This document shows, piece after piece, positions 14,261 through 28,118 of a stretch of 64,000 nucleotides of DNA (its first letter is position 1; each line of letters starts with the position of its first letter). The position numbers and the translations under genes were made by a program. This DNA is from Octopus vulgaris. Taxonomy: Eukaryota. The notes beneath the pieces are model-generated. The model was not told where the DNA came from. It was given only the letters and a program-made list of their open reading frames with translations, and ran no database searches. The DNA lies in the NCBI GenBank assembly GCA_951406725.2, contig OX597833.1:66898001-66962000 (forward strand), given 5' to 3'.

Positions 14261-14676
14261 TTCCTGCAAGACGAAAGAGCGTCAAGACTTTGTGTTTACG
14301 ATTCGTAAAATGGCAGAAACGTTTATTAAATCTAACACTAATCCCTAATCCTAATCCTGATATTTAGCCTTAAGCAAAAAACCATTTCGCCGCACAATTT
14401 TGCATGTCTCAAGCGCATAATAAATCGAAATCACTTCCCTTCGAACGTACTCTTGAGTTTAAAAGAAAGAAAAATAAATCTGTAAAGAATAGATTAACGA
14501 TGCTTAATTTGACGATTCGTATACTTATCCTCCGGAGATTATCCATTATATGCGAGGAAGGGATACACTATACATCGCTGTTTATCAATACATCTTCCAT
14601 CAAACGGGTTGACTTAAATAGGGATGGCATGGACGGATTATAACGTAATTGATGGAATATGAAACGTCCATAAGAA

Positions 14677-15751
14677 CAATGGTCGTCAGCCATTGCGGAC
14701 CGCAGACCAGTTCTGGGCCGTGGATCATTTTCTACCAGGCCGCAGAGAAGGAATAAATCTTAAAATTTTATTTCTATTTCACAGACGAATTATTAGCCCT
14801 CAGCAGTGTTTATGTATGAGCAGGACTAGATAAATTGAAATATGTTCATCGCATATTTCAACGGTGAAACGGTAAATACAGTGCAGTTACGGTAGAGAAA
14901 ATGTCTCTCTTATGATAAAATTTTTTATTTTATTTATTTTATTTTATTTATTTTTTTTTGTTCTTTTCTTCCCTTTTACGATCCCTCTTGATCGAAAACC
15001 TACGCCACCCCCCTTTTTTTTTCTTTTGTTGTTTGTTTTTTTCATCCCCCAAAAGAAAAGCTCTACCTTGTAACTTGTCCCATCTGTGTGCAGCCCTGTG
15101 TGGCCAATAAAGAAACTTATCTTATGATAAAAAGATGTGAAAACAACTTAGTCTATTCAGTGTCGCCATCTATTAGCAATCACAGACACCGATGTTTCAA
15201 GCTAGTTAGCTATTATCGGTTTGATGTAACCTAGAAAGGGAACTCTAAACGGACTTATAAAGCTGCAGTTTAATATATAATTCGGTCAACAGGTTGACCG
15301 ATTTGCGCAAGTAGGTCGTTCGATCGAAGATAAATAACGAATTATTAGCGCCAAGCAGTGTTTATGTATGAGCAGAATTAATCAAGTTGAAATATGTGAC
15401 GAACATATTTCAACTGCTAAAAGGCAAACATAAGTCCGTTTAGAGTTGCATCTCTAACGTACATCTCATCGAAAATAGCCAACAAATCTTGAAACATCGA
15501 TGTCTGAGATTCCTCATAGATGGCTACACTGAACGAACATTTTTACCGTAAGAGAGATATGTTCTCCACAGTAACTGCAGTAAATTTGCCTTTCAGCAGT
15601 TGAAATACGCGACGGACATATTTCAATTTCGCTAATTCCGATCATCTATTTTATTGATTCTTCCTGCCTGTCGCATGATTTATTCCCCGGCCTTTGGAAG
15701 TATTATCTTGCACGAAAGTATGGAGAAAACAAAAAGGTTGAGGACCGCTAC
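14677..15751. mobile_element. hAT/Charlie-like MITE with internal inverted and direct repeats and a nested Tx1 3' end
   Basis: Right end 'ttatcttgcacgaaa..aaaaaggttgaggaccgct' and left end 'ggaccgcagaccagttctgggccgtgg' resemble MER1/Charlie termini; internal IR ~14810-15201 vs ~15488-15645. Confidence 0.6.
14921..15119 (+). mobile_element. 5'-truncated Tx1/L1-clade LINE 3' UTR with TSD
   Basis: 13-bp TSD TCTTATGATAAAA at 14908-14920 and 15120-15132; tail matches 25240-25305 and 31040-31107. Confidence 0.75.
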
Positions 15752-15829
15752 ATCAGAGTAGAGCAAAGTAGAAATAAAAAGAAACAAAACAATGAAACTT
15801 TAACTGGTAGTTCGATACTCTCTCTCAAA

Positions 15830-16195
15830 TACGAAGAGACGAAAATAGTCGGGTAAGGTATAATTATATATTATTTATGCTTTATACTGATTTAATTCCG
15901 AAACGTACGTCCGTGGGTAACCTAATATAGAATGATTTTCGTCATTTTTCCCCTTTTGCCTGCGTGGTTTGTTTTCAAGTGCTTTGGTTTTTCTGGGAAC
16001 CCCCTTTAAAGTAGAAGGAATAGCTAAGATTTTTTGACTGCTATTTCTAAACTTCGGTATGTGGTGAAGCAAATCGTTGCTGAACCCTATTTATAAAGCA
16101 TTAAACTTACCATGAAATGGTCCTTTCCATGCCGAATTCTACTTGGTGAAATTACTGATTATTTCTTAATTAATTAATTTCACCCTTTGTTATTA
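15830..16195 (+). mobile_element. Second, decayed copy of the 588-nt hammerhead element (family H5)
   Basis: Matches 56748-57010 and continues into sequence matching 56422-56522; ACGAAGAG..CGAAACGTACGTCCGTGG. Confidence 0.75.
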
Positions 16196-16443
16196 TATAT
16201 ATATATATCTGTGTGTGTGTACACTCTGCGTATTTTATCTCTGTTACCATAGAAACAGTCCCAACGCTTTTTGTTCAGACGTCGTACGTGCATCTTCTTT
16301 TCTCGATGTTATGTCATGTGTTATGATGTGTGTCCATTCCTATCTGGATTCTATAACGAGAGATCCAATGAACGTATATCCGGTTTCTGCTATGTGAATT
16401 CCGCAATGTGCTCATCGAATACCGGATTCCGCACCGTTATTTG

Positions 16444-16482
<39 letters not shown>

Positions 16483-18329
16483 AATACATACATATATATA
16501 TATATATACATATACATACATATGTGTACATATATTTATATATGTGTGTGTATATATATGTATATATATATATATATATATGTGTATATGTACACACAGG
16601 CATTTCTTGGATCGATTTGTTATGGAATTACTAAGTGTTTATTAAGTTTCTTCTAACCCGAACACGCCATCTGTTTAGACTGTTTCATGATAATTATAGT
16701 TATAATTAAAATATCCATATTCCTTGTGATTAGTGTAGTTTATTGAAATCTATTCTGAGTAGTTCCCCAATAATTGCGTCTAATATTCTAACCATAATTT
16801 AGATTACCGGTTTGATATTTATTTAAAATAATTTTCTAGCTTAATTCATTGGGATGCGGAGGTTAGCTAGCTTAGCTAAATTGTTTTCCTAATAGAACTG
16901 ACGATCTTAATATAGAATCTTTCGTCTTATTATTAAATTAAATGTTGTGTGAATACAGATATTGATTTCCTTCGATTATGTTAAAGCCCAGAATTTTGTA
17001 GGAGCAAGCTTATACTCACTTATTTGGCACTGGTTCCACCAACATATTTTGGCACTGAATTTTTCAATGCTATTGAAGTATGAAATCTAAAAAGGATTTA
17101 GATATGCTTTCTAACATAGCATGTAGCAGCAAGTTTTCCTAACTTTTTGTTTTTCAAATACTTCCCCGTAACTTAGCAGTTCGGCATAAGAAACCGATAG
17201 AATAAGTACTAGGCATACAAAGAATAAGTCTTGGTGTCGATTTGACCGATTAAAGGCGGTGCTCCAGCATGGCCGCAGTCAAATGACTGAAACAAGTAAA
17301 AAGGAGAGAGTGCAATGCAATTCTTGAAAATGTCTAAACCAACCTACATTTCCATGTAGAGTTGGTCTCCTCACTAAATTCCAGATTCCAATTCCTTGCA
17401 GTGAAAATGCCTAGCTTTTTATACAGTTCAGCACATTTTCTTTTTAATCCAAAGGTCCTCTCGCAAGTTTCGGTTCCATCTTCCATCACGAACCCGACAC
17501 GTGTTATCAAAATATCCGCGAATACTTCAGGTTTAATACCTCAATCAGAAGGCAAATTGACTTTTTATTTGCTGAATACGAATCATCCGGTTTCGTACAG
17601 GAAGTGAACAAAACCGGGTGCAAGTGAGTATCTTTATAAATTTGTAACTGGAACTTTGGCCACAGATATTTCTTCTTCAGCAAATATACAAAATTTATAA
17701 AGATTCGCTTCTAGATTGCATGTAACACGATACAAAATTGATTTTCAATGCTATAAATATTAATAATTATTTGTAAGATTAATGAATAGTACTCACAGAA
17801 TTAATATTATGCAGGAAATATTTTCTTCGGCAAAGCAAATATTCAATCGTTATTTGATGGGTTTTAATATTTCATTCCAAGCAATAATATGCTGCCCAAC
17901 CAACCGTCCTCCATTTTGAAAATTAAACGAATCTGAGAAAAATATTTCTGGATTATTAAAGAAAATGTTTTGCTATTACCAAGAGACGTCCATGTTGCGT
18001 GACTGATGTGACAAATTCAAGTGTGTTTCAGCGAAATAAATGCAAAAATTAAATAAATACATTCAAATACTTAAATAGATGAACGTGTGTGGAAAAGAAA
18101 CATGGCCGCCAGCTGCAAGCGAGCATTACTTTGTAATACTACGTTTTCGAAAAATGGTTTTGGCTGACCGTGAATACGCGACTAGATAGAAGCACGTTCT
18201 GAGCTGCCTTTTTTCTTGAACCCCTCCCCACAAAAAAAAAAAGAAAAATTGACAGTGTGAAAAATATAAAGAAGGAGGGGAAACACCGGCTTCTTTAATC
18301 ACTTTTATTGGACATCTTTTAATTATTAT

Positions 18330-18756
18330 CATTTGTTTCAATTATTAGACTGCGACCATACTGGAGCACTGTCTTGAAATTTTAATCGTAAGAATCGAAC
18401 CCGGTACTTGTTTTGTTAAACCTGGAGATTATTCTATCGGTCTCCTTTGCCGAACTGCTAAGATACGGGGATGTAAACACACCAACACTCGTTGTCAACC
18501 AGTGCGGGGAAGGGGCAAGCACAGACACAAATACATACACATATATAGATACACAAGCCCACACAAACACACACACACATACACATATATACAGCGGGCT
18601 TCTCTAAGTTTCCGTCTACCAAATCCATTCACAAGGCTTTGGTTGGCCCGAGCCTAGAGTAGAAGACACTTGTCCAAAATTCCACGGAATGAGGTTGAAC
18701 CCGAAACCATGTGTTTGGAAACCAAGCTTCTTACCACACAGCCACACCTGCGCCTA
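18330..18756 (-). mobile_element. SINE family A, degraded
   Basis: Reverse complement of the family A body, head ends 'accacacagccacacctgcgcct'. Confidence 0.75.
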
Positions 18757-18929
18757 TATATCCTGTTTCTGTTTTTTTTTTCAAGTAGAGTATACAAGAG
18801 AAGCATTCCTTTCCTCGTGGCCTTCCATACAACACCAAAACAGCCGGACTAGCATACCTCTAAGAAGAGCTGGAAGACAAACACTCAGCATACCACAAAA
18901 AGACTGCACAATGATATGATTCGCGCACA

Positions 18930-19720
18930 CTTGTAATATTGAGATGAAACGGACTCGTAACCGCTATCATAGCATCACATTTCGAAGGCTATGTATTTGC
19001 GATCGAAGAACAGGAAATTGCTACTAAATACCCTAACCAACAAAAGAGACAGTGAAGCCATTGGAGTTGCAAGATGGAACCGTAAATGCAGATGATGTCA
19101 TATATCTGTGGAAAGCATCACACACGTGATTAGCAGCTGCCGAAAAATGCCATCAAGGTACTACTTCGACATGCGACACGACGATGTTGCGAAAACGATA
19201 TAAAATGCCATTCAGAAAAAAGTCGGTCCTGGAATAAAGACAGGGAACTCCGCTGTTATTAAATACGTACACAAATACCAGCTTAGTTGTCGAGTGTAAG
19301 CATACCCGGCCGGAGTTTGTTATTTGGGACAGAGAAGAAAATATATTTACCATCATACAGGTCAACTGTCCTGCTGATGTGAATATCTCTTTGAAAATCA
19401 AAGAGTAGGTAGATAACCATAAACAACTGTTTCGAAGCCCCTAACATCTGTATCCGGATTACAAATTTGCATATATATTAATAATAATTGGATCACTTGG
19501 TTTGGTAAATAAATGCCTAACTGTCAATCTGGGTAAGCTTAGATTTTCAGAAAATGAATTCAACCAAGTGATTCACACATTGCAAATACAATTTGTAAGC
19601 GGAACAGTAAAAATCTGCAAGACTTTTCTGAAGTTTGAATTTGGCATTCCAAACGTGGAGCTTTGTAACTTTGTTAGAAACAAGCTCCTCCTTCAGAACA
19701 AAAAATTATATGATTAAATG
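18930..19720 (+). mobile_element. R4/Dong-like LINE relic (CCHC finger + RLE endonuclease)
   Basis: FEGYVFAIEEQEIATKY, CR*CHISVESITHVISSC, RHD, RPEFVIWD..VNCPAD, IIIGSLG..SGTVKICKTFLKF with stops and frameshifts. Confidence 0.85.
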
Positions 19721-19732
19721 CAGAAGAGGTCA

Positions 19733-19823
<91 letters not shown>

Positions 19824-19837
19824 AATATATCTATCAA

Positions 19838-19874
<37 letters not shown>

Positions 19875-20378
19875 ATGTCTGTTTGTCAGTCTACTTACCT
19901 CAATGGATAGATAGACAGATAGATAAACAAATAGGTAAATTGATAGATAGATATAGATATGTGTGTATATGTGAGTAGGCTTGTGAAACGCATATATTTA
20001 TTTTTTTTTTGTCAATTCACTCGAGTCCGCGCCATGAGAGAATTTATCTGTCAACTTCGAATACGTAAATTATTTACCAAAGGACAAATAATAAATGAGT
20101 AAATATATGAAAATTATATAAAAAAGAAAGAAATATAGACTGAATACAAAAAACAAGCTATTATTGAGATAAACAAAAGAATGCGGGCGACTAATTTATA
20201 TGATATATACGTGTGAGTTTGTTTGTATATGCGTATAAATTCAAACACACGGATACACACACCCAAATATAAACCTACACACATGCACGTACACACACAC
20301 ACACACACACACGGTGCATGTATCTAGACAACCATATATATACATGTATGCAACTATATATGTGTGTCTGTGTGTGAG

Positions 20379-20435
<57 letters not shown>

Positions 20436-20481
20436 CATATATGGAATTCGTACAATTTCATGTATATATATATATACATGA

Positions 20482-20531
<50 letters not shown>

Positions 20532-20577
20532 CTACTGAAGATTTACTACTTTGTATCATTTTTCAAAGCAGGTGCCG

Positions 20578-20636
<59 letters not shown>

Positions 20637-20681
20637 ATACACACACACTAATACAAACACACACATATATGTATGTTTCCA

Positions 20682-20998
20682 ACGAGCTGGCTGAAACGTT
20701 AGCACGCCGAACGAAATGCGTAGCCGTATTTCGCCTACCGTTACGTTCTGAGTTCAAATTCCGCCGAGGTCGACTGTGCCTTTCATCCTTTCGGGGTCGA
20801 TAAATTAAGCACCAGTTACGCACTGGGGTCGATATAATAGACTTAATACCTATGTCTGTCCTTGTTTGTCCCCTCTATGTTTACCCCCTTGTGGGTAATA
20901 AAGAAACAGGTAGTTCGTGTGCCGTTACGTTCTGAGTTCAAATTCCGCAGAGGTCGACTTTGCCTTTCATCCTTTCGGGGTCGATTAAATAATTACCA
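20682..20998 (+). mobile_element. SINE family M followed by a tandem partial copy
   Basis: Full body to 'aataaagaaa' (~20907), then the head/central domain restarts. Confidence 0.75.
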
Positions 20999-21428
20999 CA
21001 CACACACACACACACACACATATGAGTGTGTGTGTGTGTGTGTGTGCAAATATCTATACAACCATATACATACATGTATGCAACTATATATATATATATG
21101 AATTCCATGTGTACTATTTAATTTTTGCTGAACTATTGTATCATTTTTCGAACACACACACACGCGCACGCACAGACATAAACACACGCACATAGAGATG
21201 GAAAGAAAACATGCTCTTAAATACCACATATGAGCGGTTGACTCTCTTGTGTTTAAATTATTTCTTTCTCTCAAGAAAACATCTAAAACGCTGTAATACC
21301 AATCTGAAAATTTGAAATCACATTTTAAGTTGACATTTGGCATTAAAAACATTGAACTACATTTAATGTTATATTTCATTTCTTCAACCCACTGTAGAAC
21401 TAAACTCGACAGACAGACACACTTGTTG

Positions 21429-21508
<80 letters not shown>

Positions 21509-21548
21509 CTCTACCTATCCAGCTATTTAACTATCTATCTATCTATCT

Positions 21549-21755
21549 GAAGGAAGAACTATTTTCATCGTACTTGTGGCTATGGCGAAATAATGTGTAA
21601 GGGGGATGCGTCTGAAAGGTCTAGAGACAAACACTTTCCTTTCTGGCCAATCTCTCATCAACTTCTTCAGGCAGCTCTTGAAGATGAAGGTGTGAGTAGA
21701 GAGGGAAGTTTTGGCTAGTGAATGTTTCAATAAAAGATAGGTGAATGGAAAAACA
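21549..21755 (+). mobile_element. Tx1/L1-clade ORF2 C-terminal fragment abutting (CTAT)n
   Basis: EGRTIFIVLVAMAK*CVRGMRLKGLETNTFLSGQSLINFF, paralogous to 30463-30682. Confidence 0.7.
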
Positions 21756-22649
21756 TGAAATAAAGTGTCTTGCTCAAGAACACAACACGCAGCCCGTTCC
21801 GAGAATCGAACTCACAACTTCACGATCGTAAGCTCGACGCTCTAAAAAACACATAGTATTGATTCTGTCATTCCTAGTTTATTTTGTACGTGATTCCTTT
21901 GAGTAAATACTTGTTGTTCGCTTACGTATTCCTATCCAGTTATATTTCGTCTTGTGTGATGCTGTACAGCGTAAATATACTTGTAAGAGCATAGTAAGTT
22001 GACAACAGAATGTTATGTATGCACGGCCTATTTACCAGTTGGTGTTTGCGAAATTACCCTTTGGTGTTAATTAGTAAATTTGAGCAGTAAACTAATTAGA
22101 GGTTTATATTGTTTCTCGTCGATTCATTAATTTAGAATTTAGGGCTGTCATATATTGATGAAGGGTGTTTAGCTCTGCGTCAGGCTGTTAATGTGTTTAT
22201 CAGACCAGAAAATACGATAAAATAAAGACTAAATAAAAAACAACACGAAATTATTGATTTACTGAAATGGTTTCCGCTTTCAGAGAAGGGAAAATAATCG
22301 CCTGGTGGCAATTGAGACCATCACGAAATGAGGAGGGGAGATAATCTCAACTTATGCATGTTTATCTGGTATGAGTCTTGCTTCCCAATCACTAAAGTTC
22401 GGGTTCAATCCCACTGCGCTCTACCTTGGTGAAGTGTCTTCTACTAGAGGCCCAGGCAGACGACAAAACTTAAAGAAGCATGTCGCATGTGTCTCTTTGC
22501 CTGTCTATCTGTCTGCATGTATGCATGCGTGTATGTATGTATTAAATGTATGTATGTATGTAAATATCTATCTATCTATCTCTTTATATAAATGTATATA
22601 CGATTCCAATACCTTGCAGTGAAAATGTCAACTCGTTAATCTGACTCTT

Positions 22650-22725
<76 letters not shown>

Positions 22726-22826
22726 TCTCGTTTTCTAAAAAAGAAACGTTTTGGACTTACGACACTTTTGCATAATAGCAGCAACACAAAGACATATACA
22801 TACAAACTTACACGTGTAGTATGTGT

Positions 22827-22871
<45 letters not shown>

Positions 22872-22904
22872 CATAAACACACACACACACACACACACAT
22901 ATTC

Positions 22905-23052
22905 TCTGTGTGTGTATTTTCTCGTGTTTCTTTCTGCTGAAGAGCGTAGGCTCGAAACGTAAAAGACCTTTTTTCCTTCTCGAGCGTTAAGCTAATACAC
23001 CTGCTTTGTTAATACACTTGTCTTCCTCTTTTGTTTATATGTAAATTTCAAC
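22905..23052 (+). mobile_element. Short non-coding repeat with a minimal hammerhead fold (family H6)
   Basis: tcttt-CTGCTGA-a-GAGC-gtag-GCTC-GAAAC-GTA-aaaga at 22929-22966; inverted paralogue at 46000-46195. Confidence 0.65.
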
Positions 23053-23339
23053 TATATATATAGTTCACGTTATAAGAAACTTTCAAGAAAGGATGGGATG
23101 AATCAATTTTGGGAATTAGTTCCCGTAATGCATGTTTTTCAAGTAGAAAAAAACCATCTACTCAGAGTTTGAAATTGCTTGGAGATACAAGGCATTATAC
23201 AAAACTTGCCTAAACACGTGTACTAACGGCAAGAAACTATTAGTGGGTCCTATATGAATCTAGTGTACATTGAATAATATTTAATCCCTCGTTGGATGAG
23301 TGTCTTTTTGTTGATCTTACCTTAACGGAACAGTAAACC

Positions 23340-23374
<35 letters not shown>

Positions 23375-23929
23375 TAAATATATATAAATATATGTGTGTG
23401 TGTGTGTGTGTGTGTTAATGTGTGTGTATGTGTCTATATATAAATCGATGTGTGTGTGCCAATGAATATATTGGCATCTGGTTACACATCCATGTGTATG
23501 AGTATGCTTAAGTGTTGTAGAAGTATTTGTATACGTTTATATACATCGATAAACACACGGATAGCTTTTGCGTGCGAGAGAAGAGAGATAGAGAGAGAGA
23601 GAGAGAGAGAGTGGGGAGAGTGAAGGAAAGAGATAACTAAGGAAGGGTGAGTGAAGGAAAGAGAAGCAAAGAGATGAAATGAAAGGAGAGACACATAAAA
23701 ATGAACGAGAGACGATTTCTAACAGAATCATGTTTCACATATTTTTGGAAATGTCTTTTTTTTTTTAAAGACCAAATTCCAGCAGCAAAAAAAAAAAAAA
23801 ACCAAAAAAACATGGCAGTGACTTTCAGATATTAGTGGAACCGCATATATTTTCCTTGATGTTCGGAACATGTGTGAACATCCAAGAATATTTCAAAGAA
23901 GACAATATCATGCCGTCTCTTCGTCTCTC

Positions 23930-24140
23930 TCTCTTTTTCTCCTCCTTCTCGTCGTCGTCATCGTCGTCGTCGTTGTCTTCCTCCTCCTCTTCCTCCTCTT
24001 CCTCCTCTTCCTCCTCCTCCTCCTCTTCCTCCTCCTCCTCCTCCTCCTCCTCCTCGTCCTCCTCCTCCTCCTCTTCCTCCTCCTCCTCCTCTCCCTCCTC
24101 CTCCTCCTCTTCCTCCTCCTCCTCCTCGTTCTCATCCGCT
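23930..24140. repeat. (TCC/TCG)n trinucleotide tract
   Basis: Direct inspection. Confidence 0.95.
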
Positions 24141-24303
24141 TCCTCTGTAACTTCCTTTTATTTTTATTTAGTCCTTTTTTTCTCTCTCCCACTGCAATGT
24201 CTCTCTTTCTCGTTTTCCTAACATTTCTCTCTCTCTGTATTAATATATTCTCATTTCATTGTCTCTTTCCTTTTTCTCTCCCTCTATTCTATAATCTATC
24301 TAT

Positions 24304-24373
<70 letters not shown>

Positions 24374-24825
24374 CCCTTTCGCTACCTTTCCACTATTGTC
24401 TTCAATACACTCTGTCTTCCTTTCTGATATATCCTTCTTAAATACTATTTATCGTCGTTCACCAAATAGTATTTTTCCGAAATTATCAACACGAATCCCG
24501 TGCTTCTCCCCCCTCTCTATCTTTATCTGTATTTGTCCATTCTTTTTCTTCAAGTGTCAATTCATCGTTTACTATCAAATTTGGAGTTGTGTAACTTTTG
24601 TCGTCTTATCAGAGTTGCTGCATTAATTTCAATACGCTGCGAAAGGCATCTGGTATATTGGTTTCATAGATTTTATAGATCCATTAATTTTTCCTTCGAG
24701 TGTTTTATAAATGCCGTAGGAAGTAAGAAGCTGTTGACTACGATTTAACTATTAGAAATTACGGAGGAGACTAACCAAACGGGGGAAATTTATTTAAAAT
24801 TGCTAATGGAAGTTTGAAAATACAG

Positions 24826-24964
24826 TCTCTGGCCAATCGCTCATCAACCTTTTCAAGCACAACTTGGAATGGAACGGGAGAATAGAGAAACAAGTTGAGT
24901 GAATGTAGGAAAGATGGTGCGTCCGAGTGACGGAACTACTTTGAACACGATCCTGTAAATCGTA

Positions 24965-25015
<51 letters not shown>

Positions 25016-25305
25016 GAAAGGGAGAGAGAGAAAAAAGGGAGAGAGAGAGAGCACTTTGCTCTGATGTATTTATTCCCTCCCAGCCTGAGGTTACCGTGGT
25101 CTTTTCCGTAGGTTTTTCTTTCCACGGATAAACCTAATCTTGCTTCTTACATTAAAAAAAATATCTTCTGTGATACACGATCCCTTTTGATCGGAATCTT
25201 CTCTTTTTCTCTTTCTTTTTTCTTTTTCTATTACATTTTCGAAAAGAAAAGCTCTGCATTTGTATTTGTCCCCTCTGTGTTCAGCCCAGTGTGGCCAATA
25301 AAGAA
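24826..25305 (+). mobile_element. Tx1/L1-clade LINE 3' fragment with internal (GA)n, followed by (CTAT/CTGT)n
   Basis: 'ctggccaatcgctcatcaac', 'gaggttaccgtggtcttttccgtagg' and tail 'cagcccagtgtggccaataaagaa' match 30463-31107. Confidence 0.7.
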
Positions 25306-25379
25306 TGTTATTCTATCTCTCTGTCTATCTTTCTATCTGTATGTCTGTCTTTCTGACTGTCTGTCTGTCTGTCTCTCTG

Positions 25380-25444
<65 letters not shown>

Positions 25445-25495
25445 GTTTGGCTGTCTAACTGCTTCTCTCTCTCTCTCTCCCCCTCTCTCTATCTG

Positions 25496-25594
<99 letters not shown>

Positions 25595-26369
25595 CTATCA
25601 ATCTCTCCTATTCTTCCTCTTTCATTTTAGTCTTCTCTGCCTTAATTCTATTTCTTTCTTTCTTTCTTTCTTTCTTTCTCCACCCTCTTACACTCCCTCC
25701 GCTCTCTCAGCATGTCACCTCCCTCTCCTCTCTCTAGATTCTCCTCCTTTTTCTCCCCTCTCATTTCCCCTCTTATCTTATTCTTTCTTTCTTCTATTCT
25801 TTCACCCCTTCTCTCACCTCACTCCCCCAATCCCATTGTATTTCCCCTTACTTCCACACCCCTTTCTCCCCCCCCAATTATCACTTCACCCTTCTTTCCC
25901 TTCCCGTCACCCAACCGCCATTCAATCCCTCCCCCACTTTGACCCCTCACAGCTCTTACCCATCTCATTATTCCTCCTCCTCCTCTTTCCTCCCCTCCCC
26001 CTCTCTACATCTCATTACTCCTCCTCATCTTTTCCCCCGATGCTCCCATCCTCCAACCCGCTCTCTACCTCATCCACCCATAAAACAATCCTCGTTTTGT
26101 TCTCTCATACTTCAAACACATTCCGCAATCCTTAATACGAAACCACAACAGTTATTCACAGCTGTGCTTCCTTCACCAATATTATTTGCTAACAAGCCAG
26201 GCATCATTAAATAATGTTCACATTTAGGCGCTGGCATGGCTGGCATGTAGGAATTTTGCGTTAGGGTTCAGCACCACTGCGTGGCACTTTCGCGGAGAGT
26301 CTTCTGCTACGTCCCACGGTCGACCAAAGCTTTGCATGGGATGTGTTAGACGAAACTGAAAAGAAATCC

Positions 26370-26423
<54 letters not shown>

Positions 26424-26428
26424 TATAG

Positions 26429-27036
26429 GTAAACGTTAAAAAAACACAAACTGGGACAAGAACGTGAAACATTTTGAAGACGGCAAAAAAACACACAGAC
26501 GGGACTTTCGAAGCTCTCAGTCATCAGTCAAGAACCAGATCATCTTCGCAATTTCGGCTGATTAATCTTGAGATTGCTCCAATCTGGGCAGCCAACCAAG
26601 GGAAATCTAAGCCAATCGCATAAGATTCCTTGGAAGAAAACCTCGAAAGTATACAACACGGTGACGGAAAAACGGACGATGTTACTCGAAAAAAAAAAAA
26701 AAAAAAATACGTAAAAACAATAAAGAAAGCACGGATAAAAATACAAAATAACGTAAAAACAATCATAACAAAACCAGGACGTCAGGACAAGCGTCTTTCG
26801 ACAGGACGAGTTGAGTATAGGGCTGGCTGTGGTAAAAATGCCTGAAGGCAAACGGAGCACAAACACATACGTGTGGTCAAGCCAACTACTTGATGCGAAA
26901 GGCAGTAGTAGCTAGCTGGTCACGTGAGCACAAAAAGGAGGAAGGGACAGATGAAGAGAGAAGCAGGAGAGGGAAAGGGACAGGTCAAGTGGGGTATAAC
27001 GTCTGAGAGGCAGAGAAATGTGGGAGAGGAGGGATA
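26429..27036. mobile_element. ~600-bp non-coding interspersed element bounded by (TA)n (Penelope-pLTR-like architecture)
   Basis: Sharp (TA)n boundaries, A-rich interior resembling 3946-4368 in composition; non-canonical CTGATGA..GAAA on the minus strand. Confidence 0.4.
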
Positions 27037-27040
27037 TACA

Positions 27041-27079
<39 letters not shown>

Positions 27080-27237
27080 GAAATGAAGAAAATGCTGACA
27101 AATAATTGAAGTAATTTAAGTAATTTAATTAGGTGAAAGTTCTTTTTACCGGTTGCATTTGTTATGTTATCAAAATATATATATATATATATGTGTGTGT
27201 GTGTATGTATGTATATAAATATATATATTGCAGGTAT

Positions 27238-27280
<43 letters not shown>

Positions 27281-27840
27281 TACAAATGGTAAGACAACAA
27301 AAGAATATAAGAGACCTCGATATTATGTAAATAGAGGAATTTATCTGTAACTATATTATGTGACAATTTTTCAATAGCCATGATAAAACTCCGAATTTCG
27401 AATAAATAAGAACATTTATAAGCATTATATGATGCCCTAAAATTGTCTTAGTTATATTAATGTGGGTTCCTGCTATCTCCCCAAATTTATATAAAACATT
27501 AGCAAAAGAATTTCTAGCCTCTCCTCCGTTCTTGAAACTTTTTCCTTTTATACATTTTACGGAATACTTAAAGCTTACTGTCTTCCTGCACCTTGATCGT
27601 TGGATATTACCTTTACATATCAATATAGACACACACACGCATACATACATACATACATACATGCAAACATACATACATACATACATACATACACATTATG
27701 TACAGACAAACACATGAGCGCATATATAGCTGTAGATATGTGTGTGTGTGTACATACATGCAAACCTAAACACTCACATGCTGATATATATATATATACA
27801 TATATGTATGTATGTATGTATATATATATACATATATCTA

Positions 27841-27885
<45 letters not shown>

Positions 27886-27912
27886 GCATATATATATATG
27901 TACATATATAGG

Positions 27913-27991
<79 letters not shown>

Positions 27992-28062
27992 ATGCAAACA
28001 CATATATGGTATATATAAATGCGTCTGAATAAACAATTATACATATATATGATTACATATAT

Positions 28063-28118
<56 letters not shown>

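Noticed and set aside
16242-16256. RFX X-box-like GTTACCATAGAAAC
   Set aside because: Isolated motif in a microsatellite-bounded, probably repetitive segment with no gene nearby.
23835-26135. Poly-Ser/Leu/Arg and Pro-rich ORFs
   Set aside because: Derived from (TCC)n, (CTAT)n and a pyrimidine-rich low-complexity tract.
26490-26530. Minus-strand CTGATGA..GAAA..GTC hammerhead candidate
   Set aside because: Stem III (GAAAG/GTC) and stem I do not pair convincingly; not counted.
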